From contig OZ024742.1 of NCBI GenBank assembly GCA_964016885.1, forward strand, positions 131,378,001-131,442,000: a DNA stretch of 64,000 nt, given 5' to 3'. This stretch comes from Eledone cirrhosa (lineage: Eukaryota). The notes beneath the pieces are model-generated. The model did no database searches and was not told the DNA's origin. It saw only the letters and a program-made list of their open reading frames with translations. A program made the translations under genes and the position numbers. Below are positions 34,090 to 50,271 of this stretch, in pieces; positions within the stretch are counted from its first letter, which is position 1; each line of letters starts with the position of its first letter.

Positions 34090-34273
34090 AATTGTTTCTA
34101 CTTTAGGCACAAGGCCAGCAATTACCCAGTGCATTACTGGTACTTTATTTTATCGACCCCGTAAGGATGAAAGGCAAAGTCAACCTCGGCGGGATTTGAA
34201 CTCAGATCGTAAAGAGACGTAACTATGCTGGAAAGCATGGCGTCCGACTCTCTACCGATACTGCCAATCCACC
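34090..34273 (-). mobile_element. tRNA-derived SINE with inverted duplication of its tail (33992-34051)
   Basis: Same family as 5127-5314. Confidence 0.85.
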
Positions 34274-34680
34274 AATATATAATATTATATATATATATAT
34301 ATATATAATATTATATATATATATATAATATTATATATATATATATATAATATTATATATATATATATAATATTATATATATATATATATAATATTATAT
34401 ATATATATAATATTATATATATATATAATATTATATATATATTTATAATATTATATATATATATATATATATATAAGGGATTAACGTTTAAAACAATAAT
34501 GTGTATTATTACACAAATGATATATCTATTTGGACATATAAACAGCTATACAATTTTCCATGACATATATCTTGTCCAGTAATGAACAGATAACAATCTA
34601 AAGGGACCTTTAATGTATTATAGTAGAATACACTGTATTTAAAATCAAGTATAAATATATAGCATTATGTAATAGAGATA

Positions 34681-34869
34681 GGGCGGTGGATTGGCAGTAT
34701 TGGTAGAAGGTCGGACGCCATGCTTTGACGTATATAGTTACGGCCCTTGCCATTCTGAGTTCAAATCCCGCCAAGGTTAACTTTGCCTTTCATCCTTACA
34801 GGTCGATAAAATAAAGTACCAGTAATGCACTGGGTAATTGCTGGCCTTGTGCCAAACGTAGAAACAATT
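34681..34869 (+). mobile_element. tRNA-derived SINE
   Basis: GGGCGGTGGATTGGCAG..GAGTTCAAATCCCGCC..GCCTTTCATCC..GTAGAAACAATT. Confidence 0.85.
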
Positions 34870-35119
34870 ATGTAATAGAGATTCAATTGTATCAAATTAT
34901 AATGTGTATTATAGCAAAGAATTTAAATAACTGAATTTAATTAACTAGTTACCTCCCCTTACGCATTAGCTCCCCTTACTCACTTCCGGAAATTAACCGT
35001 TGGAAAATCTAACTGTTGAACAACTATAGTTCATGAATAAGAATACAATAAGACTAATTTACAATTCATTGTTTTAACTAGCTTAAAACATTCAATATAA
35101 ACATTAACTAAAATATAAT

Positions 35120-36960
35120 TCAACAATAAATTGATTGTTCATAACCAGATTCAGAAAGAGCCTTATTATAATATTGTGCATGGTTCATAAATATCTCCCC
35201 ATTTGCTGATAGCATTGAGATCCGATACGAGGTAGATTTGATTTACTGCTCTGATGACTGCCGGTGGGTGGTTAGAGTGTGGTTATGAATAATCCGGTTA
35301 TGAACAATCAATTTATTGCATACCTAAATGCCATAACACAGCAATTCACCATAATAAACTTAACACTAGAACTAGAAATACCTTAGCATATAGCCAGATT
35401 CGCCGGAATGTTAGCAGTAACAGCACCTATACAGGGAAGTTTAATGGTGGCAGCGGCCTGCTCCCCACTCCAAGTAGCAAACTAAATATCAACCCTAGAA
35501 TAGGAATGAGAAATGGGATGACAAATAAAAAGATCCCCAGGTAATAATAACTCTAGGAAGGCCCCTACCAACTCCACTAGAACCCCTAGAAGGAATAGAC
35601 CTAGAAATATCACCTGGCTTAACCCCCCATTCTCATCTAATGGAGCCACTAATATCCCTAAACGCTTCTTCTCTATCCTATCTAAACATTTGCCCCCCAA
35701 CCATAGATATTACAAACTTTTTAATAAAAATAACATTAAAATCTCATTCTCCACAACACCTAACCTAGCTAGCCACATTGCATTCAGTAACCATCATAAA
35801 CTAAGACAGTATAACTCCCACACCGCGGTACCACCGCCCCTATCAAATACACCACGCAACTACACCAATAATTACTCTAGTAGCACAACTCCCCCATCTA
35901 ATCCTTCTAGCACTGACCTACCGTTTAGGTTAAACTACCCTACTCCCACTAACCGCAGAAGCAACTGCAACTGCCGTTACCCTAATGCATGCCCATTAAA
36001 TGGACACTGCCTGACACCCAACATAGTCTATAGGTGCACGGTTAAAACTGCTTCGAATACCAGCTCTTATATCGGGTTTACCTCTAACCCTTTTAAGGTA
36101 CCTATAACGCGCACTCTTTTTCCTTCCGAGACCTAGCAACAGATGTTCGACATCGCTAGCTAGGCTGATTAAAAACCTTAAATTAAGCAACGTTCAACAC
36201 TCACTAAAATGTGATATCGTAGCTAGGGCCCAACCGTTCAATGGACGTAGAAAATCTTGTGATCTCTGTATTACAGAAGCAGATTACATAACTCTATCAC
36301 GACCTCTACCGATTAACGATAGAACGGAGGTAACTATTAGCTGTCAACATCGATGGGCTAATTCTTTCGCCAATAGAATATTTGACCCAACTTAGTCATC
36401 TAGCCCCATTTTTACTTGTAGCTATTAAGTTAAATAGCTATAAACTAACTTAGATAATTATAAGTTACCTCCTCTACATTGTCTCTCAATTAAAAAATTT
36501 AAAAATTAGCACTTAACTATAAACTACCCACAATTTCTAATCTCTCGAGGAGTTACTTTCCCTGAAACCACCCTCTAATTAGTAAGGTATATATGTCCTT
36601 TGACAGCCATCTTGTTACCCATAGGCAGATCTCCCACAATGCAGCCTCGACAGATGATTATGGCTGATAACTGATGCAACCAAGACACCATAGTGAAAAA
36701 CCAATATATGGAACATTATATTATGTAACATTCTCTCCTGGGTAATTGCTGGCCTTGTGCCTAAAGTAGAAACAATTATTTTAATTTATATTTCTTTGAA
36801 GTTCCGATGAGCCGCTCTTGTTTTTTAAATATGTTAATTATTTTCAAATGAACCAGATCAATTATGATATATAGTCATCTGATCCAGAAATATTATATGG
36901 AGTAGCGAAACAATTGTAAACGGACATTATTATTATTAATATTATTATTATTATTCTCTA
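35120..36960 (+). mobile_element. Nematis-type PLE 3' fragment (thumb + GIY-YIG) with inverted 5' piece and terminal hammerhead
   Basis: ITWLNPPFS; KLFNKNNIKISFS; CNCR..CPLNGHCL..IVY..YIG; later C.LC..E..SCQH. HSNHPP on minus at 35265-35282. Confidence 0.85.
36801..36921 (+). ncRNA. Hammerhead motif with ~95 nt helix II
   Basis: gtt-CCGATGA-gccgctc..gagtagc-GAAA-caattg-TA-aac; one core substitution. Confidence 0.6.
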
Positions 36961-37264
36961 CATTCCTTACATCAAACTAAAATATGTTGACAATCTTTTA
37001 ATAATGTCTTCCTTGTGAAACTTGTGGTCTTGTTTTGCTTAACTAATGAATATTTCCAGCTCTGCGCACCTAACTTCTGCATGAACCCAGCCACCTAGCT
37101 GCTTTCTACTGCATATTGCACATTGAGCAAATAACTTTACGCTTTGGCTTCTAACTAATTCACCAATCTCTCCTCTGATATCTCCTCTCGAATTTTTTCC
37201 TTAATAGGATATCTCAAAACGCGAACGAAACCCAGGATAGGGACATAATTACGATAAGAATGTA

Positions 37265-37629
37265 CTCATTTCTTCTAACTTTAGATTTATACATAATTGT
37301 GTATGGTTGACGGTATATTTAGTCGGTGTTTACATGCTGTGGAAATGTTGGGTAAATGTCCTATTGCCTTCGGCCACGAAGAGGCTGCTGTAGTTTATTT
37401 ATCAAATATTTCTTCATAGGAGCCTTTATTCTTATAGCATGGTCTAATTGATTTTTCATATGGTTAATTATGCTAATTGGGAGAGGAAATAGTGTATATA
37501 TTTTATCAAATAATTCTATGGACATAATTCATGATATATTGCTTTAATTATTTAATTTATTAATTCTTCATTGAGCCACATCGTGAATGGTTGCCACATA
37601 TATATCTATGAATTTGTGTATATGTAAAT

Positions 37630-37632
<3 letters not shown>
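37265..37632. repeat. Unclassified dispersed repeat (family G)
   Basis: Diverged homolog of 59518-59908 (CATTGAGCCACA.CGTGAATGGTTGCC), abutting (TA)n. Confidence 0.65.
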
Positions 37633-37704
<72 letters not shown>

Positions 37705-37742
37705 CATATATATATGTATATATATATTTACATATATATATG

Positions 37743-37773
<31 letters not shown>

Positions 37774-37818
37774 GTATATACATATATATATATACATATA
37801 TATGTATATATATATATG

Positions 37819-37909
<91 letters not shown>

Positions 37910-37910
<1 letters not shown>

Positions 37911-37952
37911 GTAATAATAATAAATTTGAAGACTACAAAAAAAAATATATAT

Positions 37953-38005
<53 letters not shown>

Positions 38006-38038
38006 GTAATAATAATAAATTTGAAGACTGAAAAAAAA

Positions 38039-38092
<54 letters not shown>

Positions 38093-38122
38093 ATAATAAT
38101 AAATTTGAAGACTAAAAAAAAA

Positions 38123-38209
<87 letters not shown>

Positions 38210-38251
38210 ATAATAATAAATTTGAAGACTAAAAAAAAAAAATATATATAT

Positions 38252-38299
<48 letters not shown>

Positions 38300-38364
38300 G
38301 TATATATATATATATAGTAATAATAATGAATTTGAAGACTAAAAAAAAAATATATATATATCAA

Positions 38365-38399
<35 letters not shown>

Positions 38400-38465
38400 G
38401 TATATATATATATATATAGTAATAATAATAAATTTGAAGACTAAAAAAAAAATATATATATATAT
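37910..38465 (+). repeat. Compound minisatellite: six copies of GTAATAATAATAAATTTGAAGACT(A)n separated by variable (TA)n
   Basis: Units start near 37911, 38006, 38090, 38207, 38317 and 38419. Confidence 0.9.
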
Positions 38466-38507
38466 ATAAATAGGACGCACCAAACAGGTAACCCCTTTAT
38501 AAAGCAT

Positions 38508-39071
38508 TTGAACATAACAAGAACTACAACAGACACATTTACACCACCAAACCCAACACACACTAACCACAGGCACATCCCCCACCAACACAAACCAAAT
38601 ACGGCCAACTACACCAAAAGAAACACACCCAACCACCACAACACAGGTTTCCGTAGAAATGCCCCCTACATAAACCAACGACGAAATAACATAGCTCCAA
38701 CTCACAACACACACACCACATTCCTCAGAAGAAATCCACCCAGACCACTTGAAATCACAACAGAACTTACCCACAACCACACCAGACATCACCCTCAATC
38801 CAACAAAAGACAACCCCCCAGCCTCAACACTCTGTACCACAGAAATAACGCACCCAGACCACATGAACCAACAACAGAACCCTTGCTCATCAACAACCAC
38901 AACACATACCACCCCCACCATCACATTCACCCTCATGAAACAACAAGCTACAGACCCACACGCAACAGACCAACAAAATATAATCACACACAAAACTACA
39001 TTCCTTTTTTAGGGAAAAGCCTGAAATACCAGGATACTCGATGGCCCCCCCTCAGGAGAAACCAAAAATAA
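38508..39071 (+). CDS. PLE upstream ORF (ORF1 C-terminal part; N/T/H/P/R-rich), 5'-truncated
   Basis: Overlaps the RT frame, which lies at -1; composition matches the C-terminal half of ORF 56924-57880. Confidence 0.55.
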   Translation: MNITRTTTDTFTPPNPTHTNHRHIPHQHKPNTANYTKRNTPNHHNTGFRRNAPYINQRRNNIAPTHNTHTTFLRRNPPRPLEITTELTHNHTRHHPQSNKRQPPSLNTLYHRNNAPRPHEPTTEPLLINNHNTYHPHHHIHPHETTSYRPTRNRPTKYNHTQNYIPFLGKSLKYQDTRWPPLRRNQK

Positions 39072-41296
39072 TCAACCTCTCAAAGACACCTCTAACCAAC
39101 ACACAAATCAACATTTTAAGTAAGGGCCTGAAATTTACACCTACACCACGTAAACCAAACTTCCCCGAAATGAAGGATGACATCATGGAATACTGCCGAA
39201 AGCTGCGACTAACGGAATTCTTCCACAACGACACCAACACTGAAGACGAATCACTGGTTAGAAATAAAAGCAATTTCTGCCCACAAAAGGGAAGAAATAA
39301 AGCACTGGACACGTACTGCGAACACATCACCAACTTTCCCTATGAAAAAATTACAAATAAACACACGAAATCAAACCTATCTACACACGAATGGGAAGAA
39401 TTATTCACACTTAGAAACAACCCTGAGATAACTATCAAAGAAGCCGATAAAGGTAGTACTGTTGTCATTATGAATACGGACTACTATAGGACCCTCGCAC
39501 TTAACATTTTAGAAAACAACACATACTATGAAAAAACAGAAAACTACAAACACACCAAAACAATGGGGAACCTTTTGACCTTACTGTATAAATACCGCAG
39601 CAGCTTAACCACAAAAGAGTTTAACTATATAAGCCACTTCAAATGCAATACAAGCTCTTTTTACGGGTTACCGAAACTTCACAAATGTAAACCCATAAAC
39701 GATGCATGTGACACCTCAACCAACAATTACATTGAACTAACACCACCAGAAGACCTAAAACTCAGGCCAATTATAGCAGGCCCTACATGTGAAACCCACA
39801 GACTTAGCAACTTTCTGGACATCCTACTGAAACCCTTTCTACAACATATACAGAGCTACATACGAGATGACCTTGACATGCTGAAACACCTCCCTAAAAC
39901 AGTAAGTGCAAATACAATTCTTGTCTCCTTTGATGTAATAAACCTCTACACAAACATACCTCACAACTATGGAATAACAGCAGTCCAATACTGGCTTAAC
40001 ACACACCCATCAGAAATACCGACACGCATCAACACAGATTTTATCACTGACGGACTCCGCTTTATCCTACAAAATAACTACTTCACATTCAATGGTTCAA
40101 CATACAGACAAGTATCAGGTACGGCAATGGGCACGAAAGTAGCACCCACATATGCCAACCTAGTCATGGGATTCCATGAACAACAAATATACAGTCAGTC
40201 CCTTCTCTTATTTGGAGACTCTTTCCACACACACCTCAAAGCCAATTGGAAAAGATATCTAGACGACTGCTTTATCCTATGGCAAGAAGACATGAACTCA
40301 CTTACTACGTTTAAAAACATGATAAACAACATAGATAATAACATACAATTCACAATGGAATCCAATCCTAAGGAATTAGCCTTCTTGGATATTCTCATCT
40401 CTGTAATAGACGGGAAATTAGATACAGATATATTCTATAAACCCACAGATTCCAAGCAATACCTCTTTTTCACATCAAGTCACCCAAAACATACAAAACT
40501 TAACATTCCTTACAATTTGGCCAAACGTATATGTACCATAGTATCAGATCCACCTAAACGGGAGCAAAGACTAAAGGAACTAAAAGACACCCTTATCTTA
40601 AGAGCCTTTCCACTTGAAATAATCAACAATGGAATAGACAGGGCAAAACACCTAAATCCCCATCAACTTAACAATCCAAAACAGAAAACCACACTCAACA
40701 CCCTGCCATATGTATCCACTTTCAACCCCAGAAATACCGAAATGTTTGATCACCTACACAAAAACCTCCCCATCCTACTTAAAGATGTAAAAATGAAGTC
40801 TATTCTTGAAACACACAAGATCCTTAAAAGTAAAAGACAACCCAAATCACTTAAACGCATTCTCACTGGACCAAATATACCCAAACCAATCCTCAACCCT
40901 ACAGTTACCAAATGTGGTAGAACAAACTGTGGAACGTGCCTCTACCTCACTGAAGGACAAACATTTACATTCAAAGATGGCCAAACATTTACAGTAAAAA
41001 ACAATTTCACCTGCAACTCGGAGAACTTGATTTACGCAATAACTTGCGGTGGGTGCAAACACAACTACATAGGACAGACGGGCACCTCATTACGCAAAAG
41101 AATGACCATCCACCGCCAACAAATCCGGGACGCTAACACAAGAAAAATCCCCTTGAGCAGCCATATTGCGAACTGCGCAGGAATGACACTACCCAACTTT
41201 AAAATCTTCCCCTTCTACAAGGGCTCAGATTCGTTCACACAGCAACAAAGAATAAACAAAGAAAATCTATTCTTAACAAATTTAAACCAAAACTAA
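39041..41296 (+). CDS. PLE polyprotein: reverse transcriptase + Cys linker + GIY-YIG endonuclease
   Basis: LSKGLKF.P, IKEADKG, FYGLPKLHK, LRPII, SFDV..LYTNIP, GTAMG, RYLDD, FLD, CGRTNCGTC, NLIY..C..C..YIGQT, R..H. A probable 1-nt frameshift near 41275 displaces the terminal KFKPKLN. Confidence 0.95.
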   Translation: MAPPQEKPKIINLSKTPLTNTQINILSKGLKFTPTPRKPNFPEMKDDIMEYCRKLRLTEFFHNDTNTEDESLVRNKSNFCPQKGRNKALDTYCEHITNFPYEKITNKHTKSNLSTHEWEELFTLRNNPEITIKEADKGSTVVIMNTDYYRTLALNILENNTYYEKTENYKHTKTMGNLLTLLYKYRSSLTTKEFNYISHFKCNTSSFYGLPKLHKCKPINDACDTSTNNYIELTPPEDLKLRPIIAGPTCETHRLSNFLDILLKPFLQHIQSYIRDDLDMLKHLPKTVSANTILVSFDVINLYTNIPHNYGITAVQYWLNTHPSEIPTRINTDFITDGLRFILQNNYFTFNGSTYRQVSGTAMGTKVAPTYANLVMGFHEQQIYSQSLLLFGDSFHTHLKANWKRYLDDCFILWQEDMNSLTTFKNMINNIDNNIQFTMESNPKELAFLDILISVIDGKLDTDIFYKPTDSKQYLFFTSSHPKHTKLNIPYNLAKRICTIVSDPPKREQRLKELKDTLILRAFPLEIINNGIDRAKHLNPHQLNNPKQKTTLNTLPYVSTFNPRNTEMFDHLHKNLPILLKDVKMKSILETHKILKSKRQPKSLKRILTGPNIPKPILNPTVTKCGRTNCGTCLYLTEGQTFTFKDGQTFTVKNNFTCNSENLIYAITCGGCKHNYIGQTGTSLRKRMTIHRQQIRDANTRKIPLSSHIANCAGMTLPNFKIFPFYKGSDSFTQQQRINKENLFLTNLNQN

Positions 41297-41592
41297 ACGG
41301 GTTATCACCCCAATAGAATTGTCATAAAATATAAAGACACATACGCACGGAATCACTACTATTAAAGACCAGAGACCAATTCTGTAGAATCAGGTTTATT
41401 CATTGACAGACCATGCCTTTGTGTGACCAACACATCCATGTTAAACCCTGCACGTGCACACACATTATCTATATATATATGCGCACACAGAATTCACCAC
41501 TGTCGGTTGCGGGGCCCAATCTACATGAAGAACTCAATGTGATCAGAATGACTTGTATTTTAATTTCACTGCCCCAACTTCTTATATTATGG

Positions 41593-41619
<27 letters not shown>

Positions 41620-41623
<4 letters not shown>

Positions 41624-41934
41624 TGTGTCTGTATGTATATATATATATATATATATTTGAAGGCCATTTCTCTGTGTGTGGGTGTATGTATGTGTATATG
41701 TGTGTGTGTATGTGTGTGCATGTGGATGTATGTATTGTGTGTGCGTGTGTGTGTGTGTGTGTATGTATGTGGGTATCTGGATGTATGCGTATGTGTATAT
41801 ATATATATATATATGCGTGTGTGTGTGTATATATATGTGTGTGTATGTGTGTGTATATATATGTGTGTGTGTGTGTGTATGTTTGTATGTGTGTATGTAT
41901 ATATATATGTGTGTGTGTGTGTATGTATGTGTGG

Positions 41935-42018
<84 letters not shown>

Positions 42019-42057
42019 ATGTATGTGTGTATCTGGATGTATGTGTATGTATATATA

Positions 42058-42106
<49 letters not shown>

Positions 42107-42175
42107 ATGTGTATATATATATGTGTGTGTGTGTATGTGTGTATGTATATGATGTGTTGTGTGTATGTATGTGTG

Positions 42176-42212
<37 letters not shown>

Positions 42213-42260
42213 GTATATGTATGTATGTGTGGATGAAGGTATGTGTGTATATATAGGTGT
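41620..42260. repeat. (TG)/(TA) compound microsatellite within PLE 3' region
   Basis: Direct reading. Confidence 0.9.
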
Positions 42261-42570
42261 AAGTGCACTAATCCCTTTCTATCACGCTCCACTCTCCTAC
42301 CCATCACAGGAAGATATGTGTATGTATATTGCTTCCACCCCCTCACTGACCAGCAGCTGGCCAGTTGGTGATTGCTAAATCTGACCTTTATAAAATAACC
42401 CACACCCCAAATAACTTCTCATTCACTACCAGAAAGGGACACAGCAGTCAACCTGTTGTTGCTACCAAGATGAAAACTGCTATGAAATCCCACAATGAAT
42501 TTTATACTTCAATTTTCAAGTCTCAAATTTTAACTCTTCGTATTATTAATTTTTCTTAATATTAATCAAC

Positions 42571-42612
42571 ATTTGAAAAGATGGCTTTTGCAGACCCATC
42601 GAAACCGGTCAT
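42571..42612 (+). ncRNA. Degenerate minimal hammerhead of the Neptune pLTR
   Basis: at-TTGAAAA-gatgg..ccatc-GAAA-ccgg-TC-at; core mutated from CTGANGA. Confidence 0.55.
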
Positions 42613-42754
42613 TTTTTATACCCTTTATTATTTCCTTACCTTATAAAATTATGTTTTTTCACAAAAAGTATTCTGTCTCTTATATATTCCATGTGCCATT
42701 ACCAACCTCAATTTTCTCTATAACCTTCGCTTTGTGTAGAAAATTACACTTTTC

Positions 42755-42785
<31 letters not shown>

Positions 42786-42859
42786 GAGAGAGAGTTATAA
42801 ACTCAACATTTCTTTTACAATTAAATACCTCAAGGAAGGGAATATTTCTGAGCCGTGTA

Positions 42860-43247
42860 ATACAATGAATATATGAGAAGTAGGAACACTGAAACAAGTA
42901 TACATGTGTTCGCATTGCAAATGACTAAGTTAGCTAGGTTGAAAAATACTAATTTAAAATAATATGGTTTGCCTGTCTCGATTTAGATAAATCAATAAAA
43001 ATAAAAATAACAAACCTATATTGTTGCGAACAAATTTTAAAATTTGCCACCAAATTTTAAATCTGTCCGGGTATCACGGCTATTGCCAATATAGGTTTGT
43101 TATTTTACTTTTATTGATTCATCTTAAATCGAGACAGGCAAACCATAGTATTTTAAATTAGTAATTTTCAACCTAGCTAACAAGGTCATTTGCAATGCGA
43201 ACACATGTATACTGGTATCAGTGTTCATACCTCTCATATATTCATTG

Positions 43248-43248
<1 letters not shown>
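42860..43248. repeat. Inverted repeat (~165 bp arms), probable fold-back retro-insert
   Basis: 42861-43023 is the reverse complement of 43087-43248; contains GAAA-cacatg-TA (hammerhead 3' half only). Confidence 0.8.
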
Positions 43249-47635
<4,387 letters not shown>

Positions 47636-47923
47636 TACAATGTTAAGGTATCAAACATATTTAATATGTATGATAGCCGTATTTCTCTTTAAATAAGCTC
47701 AATGGACAGTATTAAATCAAATCAATAAAAGATATATTCAGAGAGAGAAACAGTCATATATCATTTGAGAAACACAGTATTTTGTACACGTATATATTAC
47801 AAATAATATTCATGAAAAAAATACTAACTGAAGAGGGAAAAATGAAGATTTCCTTGGAGTATTGTTTCGTAGTCCAAAGAGGTCAGCTAAATGAAAATCG
47901 ATCTAAGAATCGATCATCGATTA

Positions 47924-47978
47924 CCAATTATCGATTTCAGGGAAGCCAACAGAAGACAAGGACCTGCTCATCAGAGGA
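47924..47978 (-). ncRNA. Hammerhead-like motif, helix I degenerate
   Basis: Minus: CTGATGA-gcagg..ccct-GAAA-tcga-TA. Confidence 0.5.
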
Positions 47979-48475
47979 ATTTTCTTTAGATATGTCTCAC
48001 ATTGTACGACATAACTTTATATCTGTTGAGAGGAGCTTCTAGCCACATGGTTTTTATAAACCTTAATGACGAGGGCAGTTAAATAAGACGTTCATATCTA
48101 TTTATATGTGCCATCATCATTAAACGTTTTTTGACACCATGGTGTGTTGAACCTCATTCAGTCTCCTCCTCTCCTCAACAGATATAAAAGTTGCTTTATA
48201 GATGGATTGTAGTCTTTATAAAGGTTCTTATTGCCATTATATTTTCTTTAAGACATGCTCAAGTTTATTTCTTCAAAATGCTTAATGAAATTCGATGGCT
48301 CTTAAACTGAATTGATTATTCTGAAAGGCCATTGTTTATTACTAGGACATATATTTGTTGTTATACGAACACAACCCACTTACGATAGTAAAAGTTGAAG
48401 AATATTCAGGTTTGTGCAGAATTTATGTCATCCAATTAAATAAATCTTTAACATGTATGTATGTATGTATGTATG

Positions 48476-48765
48476 TTCTGGTTTTATAATTTCCCAATTT
48501 GTTTCCCAATAGAGAGAGAGTCGGTTTCTAACATAGACACAAGACACTGCCATTGGAATTTACACATCATCAACTAGGTAGATTATGTATGTTTGCATGC
48601 ATGTGTAGATATGGATATTATTGTATGTGTGGATGTGTATGTTTTGAGTTGTATGTGTGTATGTGTATATGCTTTGTATCTGTACATGTGTATATGCAGT
48701 TATTAGATGCAACATTTTTGGAATGTTTACATATTTTTACTGTTCCATTAATGGATTGTACTTGT
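48476..48765 (-). mobile_element. R4/Dong-like LINE 3' end (copy 1)
   Basis: Matches 50272-50562; (TATG)n on both sides. Confidence 0.8.
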
Positions 48766-48925
48766 ATGTATGTATGTATGTATGTATGTATGTATGTATG
48801 TATGTATGTATGTATGTATGTATGTATGTATGTATGTGTGTGTGCATGTATGTGTGTATGTATGTATGTATGTATGTATGTATGTGTGTGTGTGTGTGTG
48901 TGAATGTATGCATGTATGTATATAT

Positions 48926-49535
48926 GTCAGGTCACCAGTTGGTGCTACTGGTAACATGTATTCCAGTACAACCTGTCCCATGGTCGGGTCGTTGGCGACT
49001 AAACTGGCAACCCCACCAAGGTTTCTTGGTGAGGAGGGTGACTTTGGACATCCTGCAGGACTAAAAACAAAACCTGTCAAAAGGCAAAGGAGCTCTTAAG
49101 AGTCAATGGCCATCCAAAATCACCGGGAGAGATGACCCCTTAGCCTTTGTCAAGGCAGAATTCTAGGAGAAGGAAAACTCTGATATAACACCTGCAACCC
49201 TGATGGTACCCAATGATGTTGACTTGTTCTTCTTTTTGGTAAATATCATCTTGGTTAAGAGAGTGGGACTGGCTTTGTGCAGTGCCTTTGCTCACTATAA
49301 AAGCTTCACGGCACAGGCATTGCTTTATATCTGGAGATCTCTCTGCATTTGTCGTCACATGGTACCATGGGCCCAGCACTATGTGTCAATAATTGTCACA
49401 AGTGTAGTGTTTGTACCAGAGCTTTCAAGTCGCTGGCTGGACTAAAAAGTCACACTCGTTCAGCGCATCAGTAGGGGTTCTCCTACATGGATATAAAGTA
49501 GTGGCCGTACTCGAAAACGAGTTGGCAGCCACCAT
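48926..49535 (+). mobile_element. RTE-derived bipartite non-autonomous element
   Basis: RTE-like 5' UTR (CTAGGAGAAGGAAAACTC) joined to a terminal zinc finger HKCSVCTRAFKSLAGLKSHTRSAHQ* (49397-49474), a CTCG..CGAG hairpin and an (ATGT) tail. Confidence 0.6.
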
Positions 49536-49552
49536 GTATATATGTATGTTTG

Positions 49553-49790
49553 TTCTTCTCGTTTTATAATTTCACAAATTTTTGCAAATAGAGAGAGTCG
49601 GTTTCTAACATAGACACAAGACTCTCTCATTGGAATTTACACAACATCAACTAGGTAGATTATGTATGTATGTCTGTATGCATGCATGTGTAGGTATGGA
49701 TGTTATTGTATGCGTGTATGTGTATGTTTTGAGGTGTATATGCAGTTATTAGATGCAAAATTCTTGGAATGTTTTACATATTTTTACTGT
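49553..49790 (-). mobile_element. R4/Dong-like LINE 3' end (copy 2)
   Basis: Matches 48476-48742 and 50272-50540. Confidence 0.8.
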
Positions 49791-49959
49791 ATGTATGTAT
49801 GTATGTATGTATGTATGTATGTATGTATGTATGTATGTATGTATATGTATGCATGAAAGTATGGACTAAAGAACTCATAAGGGTCAATGACCATCCCAAA
49901 ATGTGTAAATATGTATATACACATGCATGTGTGCATATATGGGCGGGGGCATAGAAATA

Positions 49960-50258
49960 ATCGGGCTAGATACCCGATCGCGCGGTTAAACCACTGGGAG
50001 TGAAGGACCCCTAGCTTTTATCAGGGCATTCTTCTAGGAGAAGGCAACTCAGGAAGCTGGGATAACTCCGATATAAATGCTGCGGTGTTACTGATGATGT
50101 TGATCTTTTCTTCTTTTCGGGTTATAGCTACTGTCGCACAGAGAGTGGGATTTTGCCTCAGTGCACAGTCTTTCCCGTACGATAGAATTAATTAATAATT
50201 ATTAATAATGGTATATCGTGCAATAGCCATACTCGATAACGAGGGGGCATCCATCATG
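49960..50258 (+). mobile_element. Second RTE-related short element
   Basis: Shares GACCCC.AGC..TCTAGGAGAAGG.AACTC..GAGAGTGGGA and the CCATACTCG..CGAG 3' end with 48926-49535. Confidence 0.55.
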
Positions 50259-50271
50259 TATGTATGTATGT

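Larger units (their letters stand above)
38470..42750 (+). mobile_element. Neptune-type Penelope-like retroelement
   Basis: Upstream ORF remnant, RT-GIY-YIG ORF, 3' UTR with (TG/TA)n and a degenerate hammerhead; (TA)n flanks. Confidence 0.9.

Noticed and set aside
35251-35257. CTGATGA as a hammerhead core
   Set aside because: No GAAA half or helices; it is the antisense of PLE coding sequence.
37910-38465. CRISPR-like repeat-spacer pattern
   Set aside because: Spacers are (TA)n, context is eukaryotic and there are no cas genes.
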